From Terriglobia bacterium (GTDB lineage: Bacteria; Acidobacteriota; Terriglobia; Terriglobales; Acidobacteriaceae), in NCBI GenBank assembly GCA_963727085.1, contig CAVSER010000006.1:14537-78536 (forward strand): a DNA stretch of 64,000 nt, given 5' to 3'. The notes under the pieces are model-generated. The model searched no databases, was not told the origin of the DNA, and was given only the letters and a program-made list of their open reading frames with translations. Positions 27,340 to 36,260 of the stretch are shown piece after piece (position 1 is the stretch's first letter; the number at the start of each line of letters is the position of its first letter). Position numbers and translations under genes: made by a program.

Positions 27340-28674
27340 CTACGACGAAACCATGGCGCTGGCTAGCCAGGAGTCGAAGTGTTGCAGGGCTAACTCGCAT
27401 TGGGCGCGGTGGCGTTCTTTGCGGTCGCGGATTTTGCGATCGAGTGGCGGCAGAAGATCGAAGGTGATGTTGGCGGGCTGGAAATTCTTTGCGTCGGCGT
27501 GTGTGACGTAGTGTGTGAGCGAGCCGAAGGCGCTGGGGCGCGGAACTGGGGTCATGGACGAGTCTGTTGCGCGTGCAGCGGCGTGGATTCCGGCGAGAAG
27601 TCCGGTGGCAATCGATTCGACGTAGCCTTCCACTCCGCAGATCTGACCCGCGAAAAAGACATTCTGGTGCGCCTTCATCTGCAACGTTTCATTCAGCAGC
27701 GTGGGTGCATTGATGTACGTGTTGCGGTGAATCTGCCCATACCGCAGGAAGCGGGCATTTTCAAGACCGGGGATGAGGCGCATGACGCGAGCCTGTTCGC
27801 CGAACTTGAGATGGTTTTGAAACCCGACAAGGTTGTAGGAGTCGGCGCGCAGATTTTCCTGGCGCAGTTGCACGACCGCGTAGGGCATTTTCCCGGTGCG
27901 CGGATTGATCAGGCCGACAGGCTTCATGGGGCCGAAGCGGAGCGTGTCGCGTCCGCGGCGCGCAATCTCTTCAATGGGGAGACATGCTTCGAAGTAATTG
28001 AGCTTCTCCCAGTCGCGCTCTTCGACGGATTGTGCGGCGAGGAGCGCGTCGTAGAATGCCGCGTATTCTTCCGGCGTCATCGGGCAGTTGATGTAGTCGG
28101 CGGATCCTTTGTCATAACGTGCCGCCAAGTAGACACGGGACATGTCGATCGAGTCGGCCTCAACGATAGGGCTGATGGAGTCGTAGAAGTAGAGGCGAGG
28201 AGTGCTATCGACTGAAGTTGAGCTCAGGCGTGCGATTTCAGATGCGAGGGCTTCGGAAGTGAGTGGGCCAGTCGCGATGATCGTGATGCTATCTGCTTCG
28301 TCGATGGTTGTGACTTCTTCGCGGCGGATGGTGATGCGAGGTTCGCGGGAGATGGCTTCGGTGACACGAGCCGCAAAGGTGATGCGATCGACGGCGAGGG
28401 CGTGTCCGGCGGGGACGGAGCATTCGCGCGCGATCTGCAGGAGAAGCGATCCGGCGCGGCGCATTTCTTCCTTCAGGAGCCACGGGGCGGTGTTCTCGCT
28501 GTCGGACTTCAGCGAATTGGAGCAGACGAGTTCGGCAAAGTCGGCCGTCTGGTGCGCGGGCGTTGTGCGCGCGGGACGCATTTCGTAGAGCTCGACATTG
28601 AGACCGCGGCGGGTGCATTGCCAGGCGGCTTCCGATCCGGCGAGTCCGGCACCGATAATACGGATGGAGGGCAT
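27340..28674 (-). CDS. trmFO: Methylenetetrahydrofolate--tRNA-(uracil-5-)-methyltransferase TrmFO
   Basis: IRIIGAGLAGSEAAWQ (FAD dinucleotide fold), ...TADFAELVCSNSLKSD..., full-length colinear 444 aa. Confidence 0.9.
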   Translation of the reverse strand: MPSIRIIGAGLAGSEAAWQCTRRGLNVELYEMRPARTTPAHQTADFAELVCSNSLKSDSENTAPWLLKEEMRRAGSLLLQIARECSVPAGHALAVDRITFAARVTEAISREPRITIRREEVTTIDEADSITIIATGPLTSEALASEIARLSSTSVDSTPRLYFYDSISPIVEADSIDMSRVYLAARYDKGSADYINCPMTPEEYAAFYDALLAAQSVEERDWEKLNYFEACLPIEEIARRGRDTLRFGPMKPVGLINPRTGKMPYAVVQLRQENLRADSYNLVGFQNHLKFGEQARVMRLIPGLENARFLRYGQIHRNTYINAPTLLNETLQMKAHQNVFFAGQICGVEGYVESIATGLLAGIHAAARATDSSMTPVPRPSAFGSLTHYVTHADAKNFQPANITFDLLPPLDRKIRDRKERHRAQCELALQHFDSWLASAMVSS

Positions 28675-28702
28675 CTGGCTATTATGGCAGGCGGCGGAGG
28701 CG

Positions 28703-28765
28703 TGGGGCTAAGGCCCCAGGATTGCTTATGGTGCCTCAGAGGGCTGCCCCCTCCTCAGGATGACC
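28703..28765 (+). repeat. REP-like composite (family B hairpin plus family A 3' box)
   Basis: tggggctaaggcccca (28703..28718), then cctcagagggctgccccctcCTCAGGATGACc (28734..28765). Confidence 0.65.
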
Positions 28766-28833
28766 TGAAGTAGATCTCGGCTGTGTCGCTCCTTCCCTCA
28801 CGGCGCAACGTCCCAGGTGAGTGAAACCGACGA

Positions 28834-29288
28834 TTAGTGTGCGATTGGGGTGGCGTTGGTGCCGATGCAGACCCAGCTGCTGCCTCGTTGCAGCCAGGTA
28901 TCGACGAAGCGCTCGCGGCGGGTGTAAGACTTTCCGTTCTCGACGCCCTTGACGCGCATGACTCCGGTTGCGATGGCTACGGTTCCATAGACGTGAACAT
29001 TGAGGGATTCCGGGGCGACCTGTTGCTGTTGCGCTGTGGGTTGCGGCGCGGCGGTCTTAACACTGGTGAGGAATTCGGACTTGGTCTGCGTGGAGCCATC
29101 GTCATTCACGAGGACGATTTTGTCGTCGAGGAGGGCATCCAGAGCCTTCACATCGGCGGATTTGTATCCTGATTCCAGAGCTGCTCGAGAGCGATGATTT
29201 TTGATTGGGTGGCGGAGTCGGTTCCGGACTGCGCCAGGGCTCCGGCGGACGTGAGGACAAGTAGGAGCAAAACTCGGGTGCATTTCAT
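28834..29288 (-). pseudogene. DUF4440/SnoaL-like (NTF2 fold) secreted protein, interrupted by a 1-nt frameshift near 29169
   Basis: From ATG 29288 one frame gives a signal peptide plus the domain start, MKCTRVLLLLVLTSAGALAQSGTDSATQSKIIALEQLWNQ, then a stop 6 codons later. The +1 frame continues GYKSADVKALDALLDDKIVLVNDDGS...WVCIGTNATPIAH to 28834. The listed 199-aa ORF has a non-credible N-terminus. Confidence 0.7.
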
Positions 29289-29513
29289 CGCGGCTTCTCC
29301 TTGCAAGCGCATTGCATGGCTGAATTGACCGAGGGCACCACAAACAAGCTTCCATGCTGGTTGTTTGTCCGCGACGAAAGGGCCGCCCGAAACCGCTTGT
29401 GCGAAATCTACGGCAGGGGAAGGTGCGGGGCAAGTATCAGTTTCTATGCCGGGTCGCGCGCGGACAGGAATTCACGGATCTTTCGATACTCGGCCGCGGT
29501 GGTAGTTACGAAA

Positions 29514-29559
29514 AATGCAGAGATCGTGAAGCGCGCAAAGAACGCGCTTCAGGATGACA
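29514..29559 (+). repeat. REP-like palindromic element, family A (full-length copy)
   Basis: AATGCAGAGATCGTGAAGCGCG-caaagaa-CGCGCTTCAGGATGACA. Confidence 0.75.
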
Positions 29560-29636
29560 GGTTAGGGGCGATGACAAGTTAAGGATGATGACAGGTTAGA
29601 GCGTATGACGGCTTAGAGATTATGATGATGGGTCGC
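29554..29636 (+). repeat. 17-nt tandem repeat array (4 good units plus 1 degenerate)
   Basis: Units atgacaggttag (29554), atgacaagttaag (29571), atgacaggttaga (29588), atgacggcttaga (29605) and a degenerate atgatgatggg (29622). The spacing is exactly 17 nt. The first unit is the GATGACA end of the family A element. The array ends about 20 nt before the CMD gene ATG. Confidence 0.8.
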
Positions 29637-29657
29637 GCTTGAATACTGAGGAGGGAT

Positions 29658-30185
29658 ATGGCTCGGATTGGATTGATCGCGCCGGAGGATGCTTCGGCGG
29701 AGGTGAAGGAAATTTACGAGAAGGTGCTTCGCGGTAAGCCCGGCAATGTGCAGAAGGCGATCGCGCATCGTCCGGACATGCTGAAGAATTTCCTCGGTTT
29801 CTATGCGAGCGTGGGGCGTTCGCTCGATCGCAAGCTGTATGAGCTGATTTATATCCGCGTGTCCCTGATCAATGGGTGCCGGTACTGCACCCAGCATCAT
29901 GTGGCATCGTCGAAGCGGGTGGGGCTTACCGCAGAAGATTGGGCAGCACTGAAGGCTGGGGACTATTCACGCTACAGTGCGAAGGAGCAGGCTGCGCTGC
30001 ACTATGTCGAGAAGCTGACGCGTTCGCCGCAGGAGATCACCGATGCGGATTTTGCACCACTGAAAAGCGCGTTCTCGGATGCCGAGATTGTGGACGTGCA
30101 TGCCTTGGCAGGGCTGGCGAATTTCACCAACCGGGTTACGGATCCGCTGGGTTTGGAGCTGGAAATTGTGGAGGAGAAGATCTAG
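29658..30185 (+). CDS. Carboxymuconolactone decarboxylase (AhpD-like) family protein
   Basis: VSLINGCRYCTQHH (CxxC of the AhpD/CMD family). 175 aa. Confidence 0.8.
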   Translation: MARIGLIAPEDASAEVKEIYEKVLRGKPGNVQKAIAHRPDMLKNFLGFYASVGRSLDRKLYELIYIRVSLINGCRYCTQHHVASSKRVGLTAEDWAALKAGDYSRYSAKEQAALHYVEKLTRSPQEITDADFAPLKSAFSDAEIVDVHALAGLANFTNRVTDPLGLELEIVEEKI

Positions 30186-30220
30186 CAGTGTTTTCAGACT
30201 GAAGGCTTGATGCAGGCCGG

Positions 30221-30270
30221 AATGCACAGATCCTGAAGCGCGCAAAGGACGCAAACGCTTCAGGATGACA
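30221..30270 (+). repeat. REP-like palindromic element, family A (full-length copy)
   Basis: AATGCACAGATCCTGAAGCG-cgcaaaggacgcaaa-CGCTTCAGGATGACA, between convergent genes. Confidence 0.75.
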
Positions 30271-30298
30271 ATTTATCGGAGACGCTGACACATCCATC

Positions 30299-31228
30299 TC
30301 ACCAGGCGTCGGGATAGATGTAGGCGGGCGAGTCCGCGTAGAGCCATGGGTTGTACCAGTAGGGTGGCCAGCCCCAGAAGGGATCCCAACCGAAACCCCA
30401 TGCCGGGCCCCAACCCCATCCCCAGCCAAAGCCGAGTCCCCAACCGCAACATCCCCAACCTCCCCATCCCCAACCGCGGCCACCGAAGCCGCCGCGCCAG
30501 CCGTTTCCACGCCAGCCGTTTCCGCGCCAGGCCGCGTTCATGGATGCAACTGAGCCACGGGTCACCAAGGAGTTCGAGCGCATGCTCGCGGCAACATTTG
30601 CGCCTGAGCGGGCCCCCAGAGAGTTGCGGGCGGTGCCTCCGAAGCCGTGCCATTGTCCATCACGCATCGCGGCGTGAGAGGAGGGCATTCCGGCGCCAGC
30701 GCGCGCCGTCATCCCAGAGTTAGCGAAGCGTCCCCCCATGCCGGCTTGCCTGGACCTCGAGCCCATGCTGCCGACGTTGGAGGATCTCGCAAAGGAATGC
30801 CATCCGGGAGAGGTGTTGCGGACACCGCGGCCCTCAGAGGCCCAAGCACGGTAACCAGATCCCATCGAGGATCCGCCGCGCATGCCGCCGTAGGATCCGC
30901 GACCGCCCTGGAAGCCGTGACCATTGGCGCCACCGAACGATCCGCCGCGGTAACCGCCGCGAGAAAATCCGCCGCCCCGGTATCCTCCTCCGCCGAAACC
31001 TCCTCCGCGATAGCCGCCACCGGAGAAGCCACCCCCATGAGATCCACCACCACCGCCGTGGAAACCTCCACCACCACCGCCGTGGAATCCACCGCCGCCA
31101 CCGTGAAAACCACCACCGCCTCCTCCGCCGTGACCGCCGCCATGTTGAGCGAGAGCAGGGACGGGCAGCGAGATGAGAGCAATCGAAGCGATACCTGCGA
31201 GAAGAGTCTGTGACAAGGTGCAACGCAT
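30299..31228 (-). CDS. Secreted Gly-rich low-complexity protein with Gly/Trp-rich C-terminus
   Basis: Signal peptide MRCTLSQTLLAGIASIALISLPVPALAQ. (G)nFH and GGYRGGGF repeats. C-terminus WRGNGWRGNGWRGGFGGRGWGWGGWGCCGWGLGFGWGWGWGPAWGFGWDPFWGWPPYWYNPW. Confidence 0.65.
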   Translation of the reverse strand: MRCTLSQTLLAGIASIALISLPVPALAQHGGGHGGGGGGGFHGGGGGFHGGGGGGFHGGGGGSHGGGFSGGGYRGGGFGGGGYRGGGFSRGGYRGGSFGGANGHGFQGGRGSYGGMRGGSSMGSGYRAWASEGRGVRNTSPGWHSFARSSNVGSMGSRSRQAGMGGRFANSGMTARAGAGMPSSHAAMRDGQWHGFGGTARNSLGARSGANVAASMRSNSLVTRGSVASMNAAWRGNGWRGNGWRGGFGGRGWGWGGWGCCGWGLGFGWGWGWGPAWGFGWDPFWGWPPYWYNPWLYADSPAYIYPDAW

Positions 31229-31526
31229 GGGAGTTTCCTCCAGCAGCAGGAGACTACGGCCTCATTGAGGATGAGGCGTCTCTATCCGAATCCTACTCCG
31301 GATTGGATTTGCAATCCAGCGAAAGCGTTGTCCGGAGCGGGCTCGCGAAGAAAAAAGTGCGCGCAACATTTCACTCGCGCTTGTGTTTACGCAGAGGAAT
31401 AAGTGTGCCGGATGCGCGACTTAACCGTGGAAGTGGATGGGAGAGTCCTGCATGAAAATTCCAACCGATAGCCCTGAACAACACTTCTTATCTGGATCAC
31501 CAAGTTAAGATTGAAGGGAACCCTCA

Positions 31527-33389
31527 TTGCGCAATAAAGGCCGAGTCATCGTTGTACTTTCCATGATCCTGATTGCTGTTAGCCTGTCGACCGCCTGCGG
31601 CGGCGGAACGGCATCAACAAGTGGCGCCGGACCCGGACAGTTCACGCACGTTTACGTCGTGTTCCCACCGTCCACGAGCGACCCGAATCATTCCCACTTC
31701 ATGAACACGGTGATGAACCAGACGGCGATCGAGGGCGTGACGGTTGCAACTCCGTGGAACCAGGTCGAAACGACTACACCCGGACCGGGCACATGCAGTC
31801 CGGTCGGCACGGATACGTGCCAGCTCGATGCGTATGGCTGGACGCACACCTACAACTGGTCGAACGTCGATACTGCGAACGCTGTGTGGTTTGGAGCGCA
31901 ATCGGGATTGAAAAAGATGAATGTGATTCTGGTCGGGATCGGCGGCGCTTCGCCGAATTGCCTGCTGATTAACACTTGCGTGAACGGGCTGACTCCGAAG
32001 TATGTGACGACATCGAGCTGGGCGGCGCAAACGGGCTCAGGCAACGAAGACCTGATCAACGGCAATAAGGACGGGTGTTCGAACTACGTCGGACTGATCG
32101 CGAGTTCGATGACGCGGAATGCAAGCGGACTGGTCACTGTGACGGAGTCGAATCATGGGTATTCGAATGGCGACACAATTTGGGTGGGAGGGACGACGCC
32201 GTCAAATTTCAACATTGCCCAGGAAAAGATCACGAATGTGCAGGTGACGTCGTCTAGTTCGACCCTGACGATCACGGCGACGAACAGCCTTCCTGTGGGA
32301 ACGCGGGTGACGTTTCAGAACCTAGGGGCGGCGACGTTCTTGAACGGACAGACCGTGACCATCAACAGCGCAAATCCAAGTTCATTCACCGCTACGTTTA
32401 CGCACTCGGATTATGGCCCGGCGGCCGAGAGCAGGGGAACGGCGAATCCGCTTGGCGTCACGGTGCAGAACGTGACCAGTAGTACGTTCCAATATCAGAC
32501 GGCAGTTGCCAGTGCGGGTTCTGCAACCACTGCGGGTACGGTGGTCAGCGCGCAGCAATCCTATCCGGTGCCGTATGAAGCGCCGTACAAGGCTGGATGG
32601 GAGGCGTTCGTCGCGGCGGCGATCATGCACTACAACGCGTCTCCCAATCTTTCTCAGATTTCCTACATGCGGGTGGGCCGGTCCGTGGGCGGCGAGGCGT
32701 ATCCGGAGTGCATGGGAAACATGGAGCAGCTGCCTGCGCCGAACACGTATACGCGATCGGGATGGCTGCAGTACTACACCGATATCGACGAGATTGTGCA
32801 GGCGCAGAATCCGAAGATGCAGATTCTCGATCCGCTGAATGAGTCGGGCGGGGGAGCGAGTGTTGATCCGTCTTATGGTTCGGATGAAGCGCTGATCGCG
32901 GTGAGCTACAAAAATGCTGCAGGGAAGACGAACGGCATCGGCAGCCAGGGTCTGCAGGCGAGCGACATCACGAACTACGCCAATGGGCAAAGTTGCAGCT
33001 CGGATTGGTGCGGAGCTTTTAACAGCTACGAGTCGAAAGGAATCCCGCTTGAACTGCAACAAGTGGGCCTGTCGGCGCCTGTGGCAATTAGTGGGACGAA
33101 CAGCGCGACCGGCGACCTGCGGCCGCTGCTTCCTTTTGCCGTAAGCCGGCATGTGACGATCCTGGAACTCTATGATCTCGATGCGTTGCTGGCTTACGAT
33201 CCGAACTATTGCGTGCTTCCGGCGGTGAATGGATTGTGCGGACCGGGGAGCGTGCAAATTCCGATCATTGCCCTGCCTCCGCAGGATCAGCTGCCGTACT
33301 TCCAGGCTGTGGGGCAGCCAGGGCAATCAGGCGGGACCGGAGATGGATCATACGCGACCGTGATCAACGGTACTGAGGGGCAGCACTAG
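31527..33389 (+). CDS. Lipoprotein, hypothetical (620 aa)
   Basis: TTG/alternative start as listed. Lipobox in VIVVLSMILIAVSLSTACGGG. Ser/Thr-rich beta segments. No family recognised. Confidence 0.6.
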   Translation: MRNKGRVIVVLSMILIAVSLSTACGGGTASTSGAGPGQFTHVYVVFPPSTSDPNHSHFMNTVMNQTAIEGVTVATPWNQVETTTPGPGTCSPVGTDTCQLDAYGWTHTYNWSNVDTANAVWFGAQSGLKKMNVILVGIGGASPNCLLINTCVNGLTPKYVTTSSWAAQTGSGNEDLINGNKDGCSNYVGLIASSMTRNASGLVTVTESNHGYSNGDTIWVGGTTPSNFNIAQEKITNVQVTSSSSTLTITATNSLPVGTRVTFQNLGAATFLNGQTVTINSANPSSFTATFTHSDYGPAAESRGTANPLGVTVQNVTSSTFQYQTAVASAGSATTAGTVVSAQQSYPVPYEAPYKAGWEAFVAAAIMHYNASPNLSQISYMRVGRSVGGEAYPECMGNMEQLPAPNTYTRSGWLQYYTDIDEIVQAQNPKMQILDPLNESGGGASVDPSYGSDEALIAVSYKNAAGKTNGIGSQGLQASDITNYANGQSCSSDWCGAFNSYESKGIPLELQQVGLSAPVAISGTNSATGDLRPLLPFAVSRHVTILELYDLDALLAYDPNYCVLPAVNGLCGPGSVQIPIIALPPQDQLPYFQAVGQPGQSGGTGDGSYATVINGTEGQH

Positions 33390-33397
33390 CGCGATGT

Positions 33398-33482
33398 GGA
33401 GGAACCTGCTGCCCCCACAGCTGAAGGGCGGCGGGGCCAGCAAGTTCCTCCTTGTCGCTTGCACGACGCGCCGGGATGACAC
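33398..33482 (+). repeat. REP-like hairpin with family A/B boxes between convergent genes
   Basis: 14-bp stem ggaggaacctgctg (33398..33411) / cagcaagttcctcc (33438..33451), one mismatch. The loop contains ctgaagggcggc. GGATGACA follows at 33474..33481. Confidence 0.55.
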
Positions 33483-33495
33483 ATCTAAAACGGCA

Positions 33496-35103
33496 TTACA
33501 AAGGCATAATCGTGGGTTTGATGCCGACCTGGATGTTGTGAGAAGCCGGCATCGCAACCGCTGTGCTCGCTGTTGTCATGTCTTGATAGTGCCCCCAGCA
33601 AGAGGCGACGGTCTGAGTGCTGGTCGTGCAGTTCCCCGCAGAACCAGTACAAGTTTGAGAACTGTCCCAGATGATGCCGTACTGCTCCCCCGCCTTGGTG
33701 ATGGTGCAGGACCACACTGTCCCACTCGCCGTACACGGGGTCGTTAGGGTGGAGCCTTGCAGCCAGGTAATGGTTTGCTGCATCGCGGTTTCTCCCTGCG
33801 TGCCCGCCTGGCTCTGCAGCGTGTTCCAGTCGTAGTACGCGACTCCCGAAATGCCGAGAGACCAGCTCATCAGGTAGAAGCGCGGAAAGAACGAAGCTGC
33901 GAGGTCCTTGTTTGCATAGCTGGTGCAATTGCTGTCGGTGAAGCCGTTCGGGCAATAGGAAGCTTCGCCATCCCAGAACGGCTTGGCCAACTCGGCCGGC
34001 TGCAAGACGGCCTGAATGTTGGCTACATACAACTGCATCCCTGTCTCCACGCCGCAGAGCGAGGTTCCCTTCGGTCCGCAATGGCTCGAAGTCGTGCCTT
34101 CATTCCCGGGCTTCATGTGAACATTGATTACATCAATCGCCGCCGCCGTTGCATTCTTCGGATTAGGACACGGCAACTGATACGCACGATTGCCCGTGAG
34201 GTCTGAAGTGCTGTTGCAATAGAGTTCATTCTGCGTGTACTCCACCGCCATGCCGTCCTTGGCATGCGTCGACGACATTACGATCATCGCTGTGGGATCG
34301 ATTGCCGCCGCCGTGCACGGAGTCGCGGTGCCATCTCCGTGATCGTGAATGACATTCTTGCCGCCCTGGCTGCCCAGGATAATGCAGCGTGCATCTTCAG
34401 TCAGCCGCGCCAGCTGGGCAAAACTGCCTTTGAAAAAACACTGGGAAGTGGAGTTACAAGTTCCATCCGGCTCGTTCCAGATTTCGTAATAACGAATGTG
34501 CGCATGCTTCTTGGATCCAGTGAGATAGCTGGGGTCATTGGCGTGTTTAGCCAGTTGAGTGATCCAGTCTTTCCAGATGGCATTGGTTCCGGTGCCGTCC
34601 GCGTTCAGGTCGTTCGGCGGATAGCATTCTCCATTTCCCTGCCCGAGAGCGGTGCCCATGTCATGGCAGGAGGTTGTATCCGACGGATTGGCGCTCGCCC
34701 AGGGTGGAGTGCGCGCCAGCGTATACATGACTTCAATTGCGCCGATGGAGTAGTCACTCGCGTGCATCGCGTCGAGATTCGACCATGTGTATGTCGGCAG
34801 GTTCGTGGTGGTGTTGCAGGGTGTCCCTTTGCTGTCGAAGCTTGCGCAACTCGAAATGGACGGCCACTGCATTCCTGAGGAGTCCCAGAGACGGTGCATT
34901 CCATAAGAGACGGTCGGGACGGCAGTGCCCTGCTTGGTCGAAGTTTCTGTGTAGCCGAACATCGGCGACGCTCCGAGCGTCAGCATTGAGACTGTTCCGT
35001 CGGCGAGGGTGAAGTTCCCCTGCATCGTTCCATTTCCGCTCAATGTGATCTGAGCATGGGCGACGGTGGTGAATAGCAGAAATCCAAACGTTAGGAATTT
35101 CAT
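33496..35103 (-). CDS. Secreted clan GH-A-like glycoside hydrolase, putative
   Basis: Signal peptide MKFLTFGFLLFTTVAHAQ. IRYYEIWNEPDG acid/base-type motif. Later FWDGEASY. The ATG lies 2 nt after the stop of the collagen-like gene. Confidence 0.45.
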   Translation of the reverse strand: MKFLTFGFLLFTTVAHAQITLSGNGTMQGNFTLADGTVSMLTLGASPMFGYTETSTKQGTAVPTVSYGMHRLWDSSGMQWPSISSCASFDSKGTPCNTTTNLPTYTWSNLDAMHASDYSIGAIEVMYTLARTPPWASANPSDTTSCHDMGTALGQGNGECYPPNDLNADGTGTNAIWKDWITQLAKHANDPSYLTGSKKHAHIRYYEIWNEPDGTCNSTSQCFFKGSFAQLARLTEDARCIILGSQGGKNVIHDHGDGTATPCTAAAIDPTAMIVMSSTHAKDGMAVEYTQNELYCNSTSDLTGNRAYQLPCPNPKNATAAAIDVINVHMKPGNEGTTSSHCGPKGTSLCGVETGMQLYVANIQAVLQPAELAKPFWDGEASYCPNGFTDSNCTSYANKDLAASFFPRFYLMSWSLGISGVAYYDWNTLQSQAGTQGETAMQQTITWLQGSTLTTPCTASGTVWSCTITKAGEQYGIIWDSSQTCTGSAGNCTTSTQTVASCWGHYQDMTTASTAVAMPASHNIQVGIKPTIMPL

Positions 35104-35105
35104 AT

Positions 35106-35919
35106 CTACTTCACCTGCAGATGGAAGGCTTCAATGTCGACATCGGAGCTGTTTCCGTACTTGGAGACGGCTCGTACGAGGACATCCTGTTTCGCGCCGC
35201 TGGGTACTGTTGCCCACGTGGAAACATGTGCTCCGGTGGAACTCGCGGACGCGGAACTTGTCAGGCCTTTCCAAGTTGTGCCGCCGTCAACGGAGTACTG
35301 GCAATAAACGATCGCTGCCGAAGGGCCGTAGTTGCTTCCGATCTGCGCATAGGCTCGGACCTGCGATGCGCTCGAAAGATCCACTTGGACGCGGACAGTT
35401 TCGCCGAAAAGTTCGTTGAGATTGGCCGGCATGGACCATGTCTGGGAACCCGAGACGGTAAGAGCGGCGTGCGTGACCAGGGCGTAGTCAATCGGAGCGG
35501 CGACCACTCCGGCGGGTTCCTTGGGGACCTATGGCACCAGTCGTGCCAACTGGCCCTTGAGGACCGGTTGCGCCAGTTGCTCCGGTCGCGCCCTTGACGC
35601 CGGTTGGTCCGGCAGGGCCCTGCGGCCCCGCAGCTCCAGCGGGACCTTGTGGTCCAATGGGCCCGGGCAGTCCAGGCTGCAGTGCGAAGGCAGGAGCGCC
35701 GTTGACCGAGACAGTGACAGAGTTGTTGTTGCCGCAGATTGTGGCTCTACCGGCGGCACTCGTGGTGCCTCCGTTGCAAGCTCCGGAGATGTCGAAATCC
35801 ATTCGGAATTGCCCGGCCGTTCCATTTACAGTGACTGGGGAAGCGAGGGTGCTCTGCGCTCGCGCAGAGGAAAACGACATAGTGACGATGGCGAATAAAA
35901 TTAGAAGAAGTCGACGCAT
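35106..35919 (-). pseudogene. Secreted collagen-like (G-X-Y repeat) protein with C-terminal globular domain, split by a 1-nt frameshift near 35515-35521
   Basis: ORF 35488..35919 has the signal peptide [22 protein letters not shown] and about 18 G-X-Y triplets ([52 protein letters not shown]). It then goes off-pattern (TRRSGRRSD, stop). ORF 35106..35507 in another frame begins ...[15 protein letters not shown]. Removing one nt from ggaaccc restores [15 protein letters not shown].... Confidence 0.65.
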
Positions 35920-36260
35920 GATGCCTCACTGGAATGAACAAATAGACAGACTGATCACGCTCAGTGATCAACCTGCATGCGTCGTAAGGAGCAAACCAAG
36001 CTCCGATGGAGGGGTAACGTGTTCTTCCGTGCACGCTTCGGGTTTAACAGAGGGTACGGGTCGTGAAGTTATTGATGGAGTTATGTTTTCAAAAATCCGA
36101 CTGGAAAGGTCCGGAATGGAAAGCTGCGCGGAGGTTGCATAATCCCTCTGAAGAGCATTCCATGGCAGAAGATTCTACGACTGCATAGATCGATCAGCGT
36201 TTGCAATCGATACAGATTCCAATGAATAGACAGGATGAGAAAACCGACGAACGCCGGTGT

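Noticed and set aside
29554-29636. Possible CRISPR array
   Set aside because: The units are 17 nt and directly abutting, with no spacers, and there are no cas genes. It is a simple tandem repeat.
35488-35530. Programmed ribosomal frameshift joining the two collagen-like ORFs
   Set aside because: There is no slippery heptamer or stimulatory structure at the junction (ggaaccc). A simple 1-nt indel restores a perfect G-X-Y register, so mutation or sequencing error is more parsimonious.
35521-36142. Plus-strand ORFs 35521..35898 and 35594..36142 over the collagen-repeat region, and multiple ORFs over 30346..31223
   Set aside because: They are frame shadows created by the GC-rich triplet-repeat (G-X-Y, poly-Gly) coding sequence on the minus strand. 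They have no signal peptides or motifs.
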